DNA of 34,334 nt from Fidelibacterota bacterium. GTDB taxonomy: Bacteria > Fidelibacterota > UBA8477 > JABMPR01. The stretch spans positions 1 through 34,334 of the forward strand of contig JAOZSM010000005.1 of assembly GCA_029939675.1 (NCBI GenBank), written 5' to 3'. Shown here one piece after another: positions 8,622 to 17,991 of the stretch (position 1 is the first letter of the stretch; every line of letters begins with the position of its first letter). The translations under genes and the position numbers were made by a program. The notes beneath the pieces were generated by a model. The model was given only the letters and a program-made list of their open reading frames with translations. It had not been told where the DNA came from and made no database searches.

Positions 8622-9245
8622 TTAACCAAATAACGAGTCGATATCATCCTGGGATATTTCCTCGTGATGAATTTCATCTTTAGTTTTATCCTCAAACTCT
8701 TGTTTTTCAAGTTCCCGAGACTCATTATCAATATTTTCTTCAATGGCCTCAAGCACTTTTTTACCAATGGATGTGGAAATCTTGGCTTCTTCTAACGAGG
8801 CAAAAAGTATGGTAAATTTCTCATATATGGCACCCAAAATCTTATTGGCATGGGCTAATTTTTGGGATGTAATATCCTGAAATTGCAGCGCATTCACGAT
8901 ATTGGCCACCTCATCATGCATAAGGTTAATACTTTCAGCCTGGGACCCTTTCTCAAGATCAGGCAAAGCTTCCAATGCTGCAGATATCCGATCCAGGGCA
9001 TCCAGTATCTCTACCGTAGCATATTCTGTGGCCTTGCTAACATCATCAATCCGATCCGATGCAGTCGGCAATTTATGAGCACTATCCTGTAGCGAACTAT
9101 TCATATCCGACATAAGGGGCATGATCTTTTTTAAAAATGAAAACAAATCACCCAGAAATGGAATGACTTCATCACCGAATTTAAAAAAACCGCGCATATC
9201 ATTGATGCGGGATAAAACCTCATCTAGCTGATTACTCTTGTTCAT
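8622..9245 (-). CDS. CheZ-family CheY-P phosphatase (CheZ-like)
   Basis: 207 aa and helical. It contains LQFQDITSQKL, which matches the CheZ active-site motif (FQDLTGQ with the catalytic Gln). It has an acidic C-terminal tail (EEISQDDIDSLFG) like the CheY-binding peptide of CheZ. It lies directly downstream of cheY. Confidence 0.6.
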   Translation of the reverse strand: MNKSNQLDEVLSRINDMRGFFKFGDEVIPFLGDLFSFLKKIMPLMSDMNSSLQDSAHKLPTASDRIDDVSKATEYATVEILDALDRISAALEALPDLEKGSQAESINLMHDEVANIVNALQFQDITSQKLAHANKILGAIYEKFTILFASLEEAKISTSIGKKVLEAIEENIDNESRELEKQEFEDKTKDEIHHEEISQDDIDSLFG

Positions 9246-9265
9246 TTAACTGACCTCGATCCCGT

Positions 9266-9637
9266 CTACTTTATTATATCACTAATTTTTTTCTTCAAAA
9301 CTTCCGGCGTAAAAGGTTTAACCACATAGCCATTCACCCCAATTTTTACCGCTGTGATCACATCCTCTTTCATGCCTCTGGTTGTCACCATAAGAATCGG
9401 TTTATCCTTATACTTGGGGTCCTCTCTGAGTTTAACGACAAGTTGCTCGCCGTTCATTTCAGGCATATTCCAATCTGTGATGATCAGATCAACTTCCACA
9501 CCTTCCAACTTCTCCAGTGCATCAGCACCATGTTCAGCTGCAATAAGATCTGTATAACCGATCTTGTTCAATGAGTTCTGGATGATTCGCCGCATCGTGG
9601 GTGAATCATCGACAAATAAAACCTTCAAGTCGCTCAT
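9266..9637 (-). CDS. cheY: Chemotaxis response regulator CheY
   Basis: 123 aa, single domain: KVLFVDDSPTMRRI, LIITDWNMPEMNG, VTTRG, NGYVVKPFT. The DW-NMP and Y-VKPF signatures are CheY-specific. Confidence 0.92.
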   Translation of the reverse strand: MSDLKVLFVDDSPTMRRIIQNSLNKIGYTDLIAAEHGADALEKLEGVEVDLIITDWNMPEMNGEQLVVKLREDPKYKDKPILMVTTRGMKEDVITAVKIGVNGYVVKPFTPEVLKKKISDIIK

Positions 9638-9661
9638 AATATTATCCCTTCATTCTTCCCA

Positions 9662-10732
9662 TTAATTTATTGTTGCTAAAGATTTTACCAAACCATCTAC
9701 ACTTAAAACTGCCGCTGTTAATCCTGCATCTACAGCTGCCTTCGGCATTCCATACACCACGCAGGTTGCTTCATCCTGGGCCAGAATAATGCCCTGTTTT
9801 GCATGTAGTTTGGCTAGCCCTAACACGCCATCTTTGCCCATTCCAGTTAGGATCAAACCCAATACTCTTGATCCGTATACATCCACAGCAGATTCAAACA
9901 AAACATCCGCTGAGGGATGGTATAACAATTCTGCAGGCTCTGGGCTTAACCTGACATATACGTGGACTCCTCGTCTCTTCAAAAAGAGGTGGTCACCCCC
10001 TCGGCCGATGTAGGCAGTGCCCGGTGATAGTTTTTCACCATCTTCTGCTTCCTTGACATGAATTTTGCAGATATTATCCAAACGACGAGCAAATGTGTCT
10101 GTAAACTCTTTTGGCATATGCTGAGCAATGATAATTGGATGAGGAAACGTTTCAGGGAGGGAGGTCAACAGTGATTGGACCACTGGAGGACCACCGGTTG
10201 ATACACCAAAGGCAAGCACTGATATTTGAGCTGATTTCAGGTTATGAAAGCCCGGCTCCCCTGCGGGAACCTGTTGGTCAGCAACTTTTGCGCGGGGAAC
10301 TCTAGATAATACTGGTCTACGAGCTGTTAAAATCCGATTGCTTTTGGCCACAGATTTTACCTTGGCAATCAGATCATCCTCAATCTTAGTGATATCAATT
10401 GCAACAAAAGATTGGGTCTTTGGAATATAGTCGACTGCACCAAGCTCCATGGCCTTGAGTGTGGTGGCTGCTCCTTTTGTCGTGATGGAGCTTACAACCA
10501 GAATCGGGGTCGGAGCTTTTTCCATGATCATTTTGATACAGGTTATGCCATTTGTACGGGGCATTTCCATATCAAGCGTGACAACATCCGGTTTGAATTG
10601 TAAAACTTTCTGAAAACCTTCTTCCCCATCGCGAGCGGTTCCAACCACCTTGATCTGGGGATCGCGTTCCATCATCAGACTTAGCGCTTTACGCATAAAT
10701 GCGGAATCATCAACAACAAGAACTCGGATCAA
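9662..10732 (-). CDS. cheB: Protein-glutamate methylesterase/glutaminase CheB (REC + methylesterase)
   Basis: 356 aa. It has a receiver domain (VLVVDDSAFMRK, VVTLDMEMPRTNG). The catalytic domain carries GVSTGGP, AQHMP and TGMGKDG (Ser/His/Asp). The TTG start overlaps the cheA stop (TTGA). Confidence 0.92.
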   Translation of the reverse strand: MIRVLVVDDSAFMRKALSLMMERDPQIKVVGTARDGEEGFQKVLQFKPDVVTLDMEMPRTNGITCIKMIMEKAPTPILVVSSITTKGAATTLKAMELGAVDYIPKTQSFVAIDITKIEDDLIAKVKSVAKSNRILTARRPVLSRVPRAKVADQQVPAGEPGFHNLKSAQISVLAFGVSTGGPPVVQSLLTSLPETFPHPIIIAQHMPKEFTDTFARRLDNICKIHVKEAEDGEKLSPGTAYIGRGGDHLFLKRRGVHVYVRLSPEPAELLYHPSADVLFESAVDVYGSRVLGLILTGMGKDGVLGLAKLHAKQGIILAQDEATCVVYGMPKAAVDAGLTAAVLSVDGLVKSLATIN

Positions 10733-12885
10733 GTCGGAGCACCTCCCATTTCAACACCTGATTCAAGAATTTGGGCTACATCCAGAATAAGTGAAACCTT
10801 TCCGTCGCCTCTTAAAGTGGCACCAGCAAAATACTTTACTTTCCCAAGTGCTTGTCCCAGGGGTTTAACTACCGTTTCCTCCTGACCCAGGAGGTTTGAG
10901 ACAACCAGACCCAATCTCCGATCAGCAATTGAAACAATAACAATATATTTTTCTGCATCCGGATCCTCTTCATGAGGAACATCCAACAGTCGATCCAGGC
11001 TTAAAATCGGCAAAACAGAATTCCGGAGAGTCAGCACTTCGTGTCCCTTCACTGAGGAGATCATTCTCTTCTCCATCCGCAGGGTTTCTGAGATTGCAAT
11101 CAAAGGGATGATATACATTTCGTCCCAGACCCTAACTACCATTCCTGTCATAATCGTCAGAGTCAGGGGCAATTTAATAATGAACACTGACCCCTTCCCC
11201 ACTTCTGATTCAATCTCAACCCCACCATTTAGTCTGGATATGTTGGTATTCACCACATCCATACCAACTCCCCGACCAGAGACATCAGTAATTTTTTCCG
11301 CCGTACTGAAACCAGGCTTGAAAATCATATTGATAATTTCTTTGGGTTTCATCAGAGCAGCTTCATCAGCGGTGACAATCCCTTTTTCCAAACTTTTTGC
11401 TAAAATCTTATCAGGATCAATACCTGCTCCGTCATCCCTGATCTGAATTACGATCTGATTGCCTTCCTGAAAGGCATTGAGACTAATGATACCTACACGG
11501 GGTTTGCCTTTTGATTCCCTAACTTCAGGCGTTTCAACACCATGATCCAAGGCATTACGCAAGAGGTGAATCATGGGGTCACCGATAGCTTCAATTACCG
11601 ATCGGTCCAATTCAGTTTCCTCACCTGTGATCACCAGGTCGATCTCTTTATTCTTGTCCTTGGCTAGATCACGAACCATTCGGGGGAATTTACGAAAGAC
11701 GTTAGCAATGGGGAGCATGCGCATCTGCATCACGCTCTCCTGGATCTCAGTTGTGATATATCCTAAAGAATTGTTCAGACTATCCAGATCACCTACTTCT
11801 TTATTATTGGGATAGGTCTTTTTAAGGAGATGACTAACCTGGAGCAGCCGATTCTTTCCCAACACTAATTCACCAGCGATATTCATCAAGTTATCCAGTC
11901 GACTTACATCTACCCGAATAGTTTGTTCGATCCGTTTTTTTGCGGCTGGTTTATTTTGTTGCTTCGCAGGAGAAGCAGCGGCTGGTTTTGTTACAGCCTG
12001 TTTGGGGCTTGCCTTTTTAGGCTCAATTTTTTCACCCAGAATCGTGTGTAAATTTTTGAATAACTCTGAAGTATCATGGGCTTTAAGATCGTTGGTACGA
12101 ACTTCTTCCAAGACAACCCTCATATAGTCAATGGATGCCAGAAGGGTATCAACCATGAAAGTGTCAGGCTCCAGTTTTTTCTCACGCAGTTGCCCCAGAA
12201 CATCTTCCGATTTATGCGCAACGCTGGACATCTGTTCAAGACCTACCAGACCACAATTCCCTTTAAGTGTATGAAACACCCTGAAGATCTCATTCACCAG
12301 GTCTTGATTTTCAGGCTCAATTTCCAACGACATGATCTCATTGCCAACGGTCTCCACCATCTCCGTGCTTTCATTGACAAATTCATCAATCAATTCCTGC
12401 GGCATACCTTCTGCAAGTGATGGAATCTGATCCATATCTTCTGCAATTTCCAGACTGGTTGAAGGATCTTTCTCAACTTTAGTGGATTTCCCTTTTAGCA
12501 ATTTTGAAATTGAATTTTCAAGATCGGCCGTATTGTATTCTCGCTCAATTCGGGCTTCTACATCCCCCATAAACATCTTAAACCAGTCGGAAGATTCAAG
12601 CAGGACATCAACAATCTCAGGATTTGGTTCAAGTTCTCCGCTGCGGATTTTATTGAGCAAATCTTCTGAGGAGTGCGCTAGATCCATACAGGTTTCAAAA
12701 GCAAGAAACCCGCTGGTTCCTTTGATTGTATGAAAGGCTCTAAATATGCGATTGATCACCTCATCATCTGTCTCTGTTTCGATGAGTAATAAATCCTGGT
12801 TCAATTGTTCGATAAGTTCATTGGTCTCAATCACAAAGTCATCAAGAATTTCAGCCAAATCCCCTAGCTCATCATACATACCCAT
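10729..12885 (-). CDS. cheA: Chemotaxis histidine kinase CheA with two tandem HPt (P1) domains
   Basis: 718 aa with two HPt signatures (RAFHTIKGTSGF and RVFHTLKGNCGL). A Pro/Ala/Lys linker follows. The P3/P4 region has RVDVSRLDNLMNIAGELV, HLLRNALDHG, DDGAGID and GRGVGMDVV. A C-terminal CheW-like P5 domain is present. Confidence 0.93.
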   Translation of the reverse strand: MGMYDELGDLAEILDDFVIETNELIEQLNQDLLLIETETDDEVINRIFRAFHTIKGTSGFLAFETCMDLAHSSEDLLNKIRSGELEPNPEIVDVLLESSDWFKMFMGDVEARIEREYNTADLENSISKLLKGKSTKVEKDPSTSLEIAEDMDQIPSLAEGMPQELIDEFVNESTEMVETVGNEIMSLEIEPENQDLVNEIFRVFHTLKGNCGLVGLEQMSSVAHKSEDVLGQLREKKLEPDTFMVDTLLASIDYMRVVLEEVRTNDLKAHDTSELFKNLHTILGEKIEPKKASPKQAVTKPAAASPAKQQNKPAAKKRIEQTIRVDVSRLDNLMNIAGELVLGKNRLLQVSHLLKKTYPNNKEVGDLDSLNNSLGYITTEIQESVMQMRMLPIANVFRKFPRMVRDLAKDKNKEIDLVITGEETELDRSVIEAIGDPMIHLLRNALDHGVETPEVRESKGKPRVGIISLNAFQEGNQIVIQIRDDGAGIDPDKILAKSLEKGIVTADEAALMKPKEIINMIFKPGFSTAEKITDVSGRGVGMDVVNTNISRLNGGVEIESEVGKGSVFIIKLPLTLTIMTGMVVRVWDEMYIIPLIAISETLRMEKRMISSVKGHEVLTLRNSVLPILSLDRLLDVPHEEDPDAEKYIVIVSIADRRLGLVVSNLLGQEETVVKPLGQALGKVKYFAGATLRGDGKVSLILDVAQILESGVEMGGAPT

Positions 12886-12903
12886 GAGAAATACTCCGTT
12901 CCC

Positions 12904-13281
12904 TTATTCGTCACCAGTGCCTAGATATTTGGACACGTGGTATTGAACCATTTTCGCATCAAATGGCTTAACGATATAACTGTTTGCACCGGCTGCTTTT
13001 CCTCTTGCCTTGGTTGCTTCGCTACGCTCGGAGGATAGGATGATAACAGGAAGGTCAGCATAATCCTGAGAGCCTCTGATAGTTTCGATCAATTCAAACC
13101 CATCCATATTTGGCATATTTAAGTCAACAATAGCCAGATCAACCCGGGTTTGTGATAACTTCTCCAGGGCATCCATTCCGTCTTCAGCAGCCACTACTTC
13201 AAAATTCTTCATCTTCAAGCTAAACGACACAAACTTACGCATGGTTGATGAATCGTCTGCTATGAGTATTACTTTTTTCAT
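12904..13281 (-). CDS. CheY-like single-domain response regulator
   Basis: The start is set at MKKVILIADDSSTMRKF (ATG 13281), which has a GGTGAT SD-like sequence upstream. REC motifs are LAIVDLNMPNMDG, ILSSE and YIVKPF. The track ORF (to 13398) adds 39 aa that overlap cheR and look non-coding. Confidence 0.85.
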   Translation of the reverse strand: MKKVILIADDSSTMRKFVSFSLKMKNFEVVAAEDGMDALEKLSQTRVDLAIVDLNMPNMDGFELIETIRGSQDYADLPVIILSSERSEATKARGKAAGANSYIVKPFDAKMVQYHVSKYLGTGDE

Positions 13282-13294
13282 GTTATCACCTGAC

Positions 13295-14170
13295 CTACTC
13301 TTTCTTATAGACAAAGGCACCTGGAAAGTGCTCAACCTTGAATGCTGAACTAACACCATGGAGCGATTCTGCTTCTCCAAGAAGCAAATAACCACCATGA
13401 TTTAGCACATCATAGAAAGCCTTAATCACCTTTTTTTTCATCTCTTTATCGAAATAGATCAATACATTGCGACAAAAGATAAAATCCAGACCACGATTTT
13501 GGCGTATGGTATTAATATCATTTAAATTGAGATAATCGAATTTTACCATCTTTCGAATATCATCATTAACGGTAAAGCGATCACCTTGAGCCGTAAAATA
13601 CTTCGACTTATAATAAGTACTGACAGTACCTCGAAAGGAATTGCGACCATATTCAGCCTTGCTGGCTGCATCCAAAATCCTGCGGCTGATATCAGTCCCT
13701 TTTAGCGAAATATTCCAACGACTCACTCCAATACCAAGAGTTTCTTTGATCATCATGGCTAAAGTGAATAACTCTTCACCTGATGATGAAGCAGCGCTCC
13801 AGATATTGACGCGTTTGTTCGCCGCTTGAGTTCTCTCCTTGATCATTTCAGGGAAAAGCGTTTTATTAAAGACATCCAGTTGCTTTGGATACCTGAAGAA
13901 ATAGGTCTCATTGATGGTAATAAGACTATAAATTTTCTTCAGCTCTTCAGTTTGAACTGATAGACGTCTCAAATGATTATAGTATTCCTGGAAACTCTCC
14001 AGGCCAAGTTCATTCAGCCGACTGCCCAACCGACCCTCTAGGAGATATAGCTTATTTTCAGGGAAAAATATCCCGCTTTTGTCATAAATCAGATCTCTTA
14101 GACTTTTAAAAAGTTCTGGGCTCAGTTTTCGACCATTTTTATTTCCGAGTAACATTATTCTAGTGCCCAC
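13295..14170 (-). CDS. cheR: Chemotaxis protein methyltransferase CheR (full length)
   Basis: 291 aa. It has the N-terminal helical domain (FKSLRDLIYDKSGIFF), TYFFR, the SAM motif VNIWSAASSSGEELFTLAM and FIFCRNVLIYFD. The GTG at 14170 overlaps the upstream gene by 11 nt; an alternative ATG lies at 14155. Confidence 0.88.
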   Translation of the reverse strand: MGTRIMLLGNKNGRKLSPELFKSLRDLIYDKSGIFFPENKLYLLEGRLGSRLNELGLESFQEYYNHLRRLSVQTEELKKIYSLITINETYFFRYPKQLDVFNKTLFPEMIKERTQAANKRVNIWSAASSSGEELFTLAMMIKETLGIGVSRWNISLKGTDISRRILDAASKAEYGRNSFRGTVSTYYKSKYFTAQGDRFTVNDDIRKMVKFDYLNLNDINTIRQNRGLDFIFCRNVLIYFDKEMKKKVIKAFYDVLNHGGYLLLGEAESLHGVSSAFKVEHFPGAFVYKKE

Positions 14171-15059
14171 TCAACAATTTAACCAGCTCTTTGATAACAA
14201 TTACTTCGTCCTCGATGCTCATCACAAATCGCTCAAAGTCCATTTCTGCAAGCTTTTGTGAAGCATTTCTCAGAATCACCCAACCGGTCTCTTCCCGAGG
14301 AATGCTGCGCTGAAAGTTTCTGCCAAAACTGATTGATTGTAGATTTGCAACGATATCCGCAATCTGAACCAGAGCAGTGGATACTTGATTTGCAGGCTCT
14401 TGAACCAGCTCCGGTGAATGATGATACTTTATCGCATTCAGGATCGATTCAGGTAGCTGCCACTTTTCTGCGACCCAGCTACCAATGGTCATATGATCAA
14501 TTCCCAAAATATGATTTTCAGCCTCTTCAGCACTGGTCAGGTTCTCAAGAGCATATTCAATAATCTGAACATATTTTTCGGGTTCAAGTCGGTACAATAT
14601 TATTTTTCCAACGTCATGCAGGAGGCCCAATGCGTAGGGACTGCTACCGGTTTGGATTCCCAGTGATTCCTGTAATAACTGAGCAATGTGTCCCACTCCC
14701 GCACTGTGTTCCCACAGCTTATCCCAATGCAGCCCAGCGGGATCATCGGAATCTGACAGCGTATTCATTACTGAAAAACCTATTGATAGATCACCTAGTT
14801 CCTTCATACCGATAATCACTAGAGCATGTCGCAAAGACTCAACCTTGCGGTGCATGCCATAGTAGGCTGAGTTGGCAATCTTTAAAACTTTCATCGCCAG
14901 AGGCGGATCTTTCTCGATAATAGGCAGTAATTGATTAACTGATAGCCTGTCATCATTCGTCACCTGCATAAGCTCCGTAGCAATCAACGGCAGAGAGGGA
15001 ATACGAGTGAGAGAGTTAATCTGCTCCCGATAGTATTTATGGGATCGTTCAATCGACAT
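14160..15059 (-). CDS. HDOD domain protein (copy 1)
   Basis: 299 aa with the HDOD signature LPLIATELMQV...LLPIIEKDPPLAMKVLKIANSAYYGM...SLRHALVIIGMKEL and LGLLHDVGKIIL. It is a clear paralog of 17056..17991. Confidence 0.8.
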   Translation of the reverse strand: MSIERSHKYYREQINSLTRIPSLPLIATELMQVTNDDRLSVNQLLPIIEKDPPLAMKVLKIANSAYYGMHRKVESLRHALVIIGMKELGDLSIGFSVMNTLSDSDDPAGLHWDKLWEHSAGVGHIAQLLQESLGIQTGSSPYALGLLHDVGKIILYRLEPEKYVQIIEYALENLTSAEEAENHILGIDHMTIGSWVAEKWQLPESILNAIKYHHSPELVQEPANQVSTALVQIADIVANLQSISFGRNFQRSIPREETGWVILRNASQKLAEMDFERFVMSIEDEVIVIKELVKLLSGH

Positions 15060-15071
15060 GATACTTCTCCC

Positions 15072-16340
15072 TCATCGGTCCTTTGACCAGTTATCCAGGA
15101 TTCTTTGAGCTTCAGTTCGGATTTCCTCCTGTTCGTCTGTAGCCAATATCTGAAGAATGTCCAGGGCTTCTTTGAGTTCGAAAAGCTCAACTGAACGCAT
15201 GGCAGCTAGCAATCGTAAGCCACTGAAATTTTTTAAGATACTCAATAATACAGGTTGTGCTTGCTCCAGAGGAATATTGTCAAAAGATTCCAGGGCAGAA
15301 TATGCTACCCAATCATCCTCATGATTTACAAGCTTCAGCAGTGCATCAGCATAGCCGGCATACCCTTTGGCATGGCGAATCAACCCCACAATCACGTTTG
15401 AGGGCAAGGTCTCAATTTTATTGAAAAACTCAGCAATAGTTGGATTATTGGGTTGCAAAGTAAATTGATGTAAAACCAGCGCTATGACTTCTTCCTCTAC
15501 AGTCGTAAGAGCTTCAAAAACGCTTTCCATAAACTGAACCTGTTGCTCATCGAGTACCAGATGATTCGCACTCTGACCGATCTTTAAGATTGCCAGGCAA
15601 ATATGATCTCTTAAGAAGTCTGGAGCAGTATCCATAAATTTGTATAGAGATTCTAAGGCGCTGGCTTGCCCCAAATTGCCAAACGCATCAATTATAGCAA
15701 AAGTAATGACTGGATCTTCTTGTTCCAGTCTGTCAGTAAGAAACTTAACGGACTCCTCTTGTCCAATGAGGCCAATTGCTTCGACGACTTCCGGCTCCAG
15801 TCCGCGATTTCGATCAAAAAGCTTATACAAAGCTGGTAATGCACCAGGATCACCAATTTTACCTAAAGCCTCTACTGCAGAAACTGCCACATTACTTACC
15901 TCATCCTCCAAGGCAGATTGACAAAGATTGGGAACTGCCTCAGAGTTACGAGCCAATCCCAGAATATCCGCACTGAATTTTCTGACATCCTCGTTGGAAT
16001 CCACCAAGGCCAATATCAAATCCTTAACAGCAGATTGACCATATTTAACCAGTACAGAAGCAGTGATGTTGCGTACTTCAATGCGCTCACTACCCAACAG
16101 GGGCGTCAATTTCCCAGTGCACACTTCGGGTTCAAGGGATTCTAGAATCTCAGAAGCAGCTTCGCGTACTGCCCGATTATCATCCTGAATTCCTTCAACA
16201 AGAATATCTATTACAGCGATAGCTTCGAATGCTCCCAGATCATAGATGGCCCAACGTCTTTCATCTGAGTCACTGGATTTCAACCGGAATAGAATGTTCT
16301 CGAGCTTTTGTTTGAGTTCTGTGTTTACATTACTTTCCAT
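15072..16340 (-). CDS. HEAT-repeat (PBS-lyase-type HEAT) protein
   Basis: 422 aa, all-helical. Units of the form D..VR..A...L recur (DDNRAVREAASEILESL, SNEDVRKFSADILGL, VSNVAVSAVEALGKIGDPGALPAL, EEIRTEAQRIL). Confidence 0.75.
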   Translation of the reverse strand: MESNVNTELKQKLENILFRLKSSDSDERRWAIYDLGAFEAIAVIDILVEGIQDDNRAVREAASEILESLEPEVCTGKLTPLLGSERIEVRNITASVLVKYGQSAVKDLILALVDSNEDVRKFSADILGLARNSEAVPNLCQSALEDEVSNVAVSAVEALGKIGDPGALPALYKLFDRNRGLEPEVVEAIGLIGQEESVKFLTDRLEQEDPVITFAIIDAFGNLGQASALESLYKFMDTAPDFLRDHICLAILKIGQSANHLVLDEQQVQFMESVFEALTTVEEEVIALVLHQFTLQPNNPTIAEFFNKIETLPSNVIVGLIRHAKGYAGYADALLKLVNHEDDWVAYSALESFDNIPLEQAQPVLLSILKNFSGLRLLAAMRSVELFELKEALDILQILATDEQEEIRTEAQRILDNWSKDR

Positions 16341-16355
16341 TCTATCATCCTTCCC

Positions 16356-17048
16356 TTAACGGGTCCTGTCCAAAAATCTGAAAAAGTGATTTCCCGGACT
16401 AATCCTCTCTAGTCCAATGGATCGCATAAAGCGACTACCAATTGATTCTAGATAAATAAAACCATGGGGATCAAGGTTCTTGATCAGCTTAGTCACAATT
16501 TTTTTGCGGTATTCCATTTCATAGTAAAACAGCACATTCGTACAAATCAGAATGTCATATTTTTTTGATACCTGGTGGGTAATTATGTCTTCCATAATAA
16601 ACTTGATTTTGCGTTTTACTTCATTTCTGATACTAACTAGTTTATTATCCACTATAGTGATATAGGCAGCATATTCCTTTAGTCGATCAACCTCGGCCCC
16701 ACCGATCCCATACTCGTTTTTCAATCCAATTTGAATCATTGATTCAGTGATATCTGAAGCCCGCAGTTCGAAGCGACAGAGATTGTTCGCCGGATGTTGC
16801 TGGATCCATTTATGAATCAATAAAGCAATGGAATAGGCCTCGCGTCCATCTGAGCATCCAGCAGACCAGATATTAACGCTTCCTCGATCTTTCAATTCGA
16901 GTAACACAGTATCACTCAAGGTCTTATATAGATCCTGTAAACGAAAAAAACCAGTTGCTGTAACCAGGGTACTACTGGCAAAGAACCCTTTACGGTCGCT
17001 GTTGGCATCCAGTGTGGCATCATATACGTGTCTGGTCATTTCGTTCAT
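16356..17048 (-). CDS. CheR-like SAM-dependent methyltransferase, short form
   Basis: 230 aa. It has the CheR catalytic-domain motifs GFFR, NIWSAGCSDGREAYSIALLI and ILICTNVLFYYE. Only about 35 residues precede the FFR motif, against about 85 in the full-length CheR of this window. The N-terminal helical domain is therefore truncated or absent. Confidence 0.75.
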   Translation of the reverse strand: MNEMTRHVYDATLDANSDRKGFFASSTLVTATGFFRLQDLYKTLSDTVLLELKDRGSVNIWSAGCSDGREAYSIALLIHKWIQQHPANNLCRFELRASDITESMIQIGLKNEYGIGGAEVDRLKEYAAYITIVDNKLVSIRNEVKRKIKFIMEDIITHQVSKKYDILICTNVLFYYEMEYRKKIVTKLIKNLDPHGFIYLESIGSRFMRSIGLERISPGNHFFRFLDRTR

Positions 17049-17055
17049 CTTCCAC

Positions 17056-17991
17056 TCACATATTCAGTAATTTTACCATATCCCGCACAGCACCCCAGTG
17101 TTCCTCGAGGTCGATCAGGAAGTCATTAAAATCTGTTTCCTGGGCTCTCACGGATCTGACCTGAATCATTTCCCAGGCTTCGGGGATGTCATCGGATGTT
17201 CGGAGTTTGCGGTAGCCAAAATTCAGTCGAATATTATTTGCTATAAAATTGGCCAACTGCACTAAGGAGCCCGCTAACCTGAGTTCTACATTTTCGATGT
17301 TAGAGAGGTTGTGATGATTCCCATTGACAGTCTGTACATACTCACTTAGCCCCCACCGTTCGGCGATCCAGCGACCAGCCTGTTGATGTGTAATACCAAA
17401 AATCCGGGCCTCTGCCTGAATCATAGAGACCTTTTCGGTCATGCTCAGGGTATATGCTTGATCAAATTTTTCGGGTTCTAAACGAAAGAGAACCAATTGT
17501 CCAATATCATGCAATAATCCCAGAGAATAAGGGCTTTCATCAAATCGGGTACCTAATTCATCATCCAGCAGCTCGGCAATATGTCCTACGGCAACACTGT
17601 GTTCCCAAAATTTATTCCAGGGAATAGAACTCTGAGTACCACTTCGGGACATTGATTTGAGTACAGAAAAGCCCAGAACAATTCCAGCCAGCTCGCGCAT
17701 TCCAATAATCACCACGGCTTGTCTCAAAGAATTCACTTTCCTACTCATACCGTAATAAGCCGAATTGGCAACTTTCAATATTTTCATTGCCAGCGAGGGA
17801 TCCTGTTCAATGATGGGCACTGTTTGAACCACTGAAAGTTTATCTTCCCGCATAATATTTTGAATTTCCAAAGCAATGGTCGGCAAAGTTGGCAGGCCAA
17901 TAAGTGACTGAATCCGATCCTTATAGTATTGAGCTTTTGAATCCAAGTCAGCTTCTCCTCGGCATGAAGGCAAAACCACCCAATTTTTCAT
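17056..17991 (-). CDS. HDOD domain protein (copy 2)
   Basis: 311 aa by the track. HDOD signature: LPTLPTIALEI...VPIIEQDPSLAMKILKVANSAYYGM...SLRQAVVIIGMREL and LGLLHDIGQLVL. The true start is probably the TTG at 17946. It has a GGAG 8 nt upstream and lies 1 nt after the upstream stop (TGACTTG). That start removes the 44-nt overlap. Confidence 0.8.
   Translation of the reverse strand: MKNWVVLPSCRGEADLDSKAQYYKDRIQSLIGLPTLPTIALEIQNIMREDKLSVVQTVPIIEQDPSLAMKILKVANSAYYGMSRKVNSLRQAVVIIGMRELAGIVLGFSVLKSMSRSGTQSSIPWNKFWEHSVAVGHIAELLDDELGTRFDESPYSLGLLHDIGQLVLFRLEPEKFDQAYTLSMTEKVSMIQAEARIFGITHQQAGRWIAERWGLSEYVQTVNGNHHNLSNIENVELRLAGSLVQLANFIANNIRLNFGYRKLRTSDDIPEAWEMIQVRSVRAQETDFNDFLIDLEEHWGAVRDMVKLLNM

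Noticed and set aside
13282-13398. N-terminal 39-aa extension of the CheY-like ORF (track ORF 12904..13398)
   Set aside because: The extension overlaps the 3' end of cheR by about 100 nt and has no receiver-like sequence. The internal ATG at 13281 gives a canonical MKKVILIADD start with an SD-like GGTGAT upstream.
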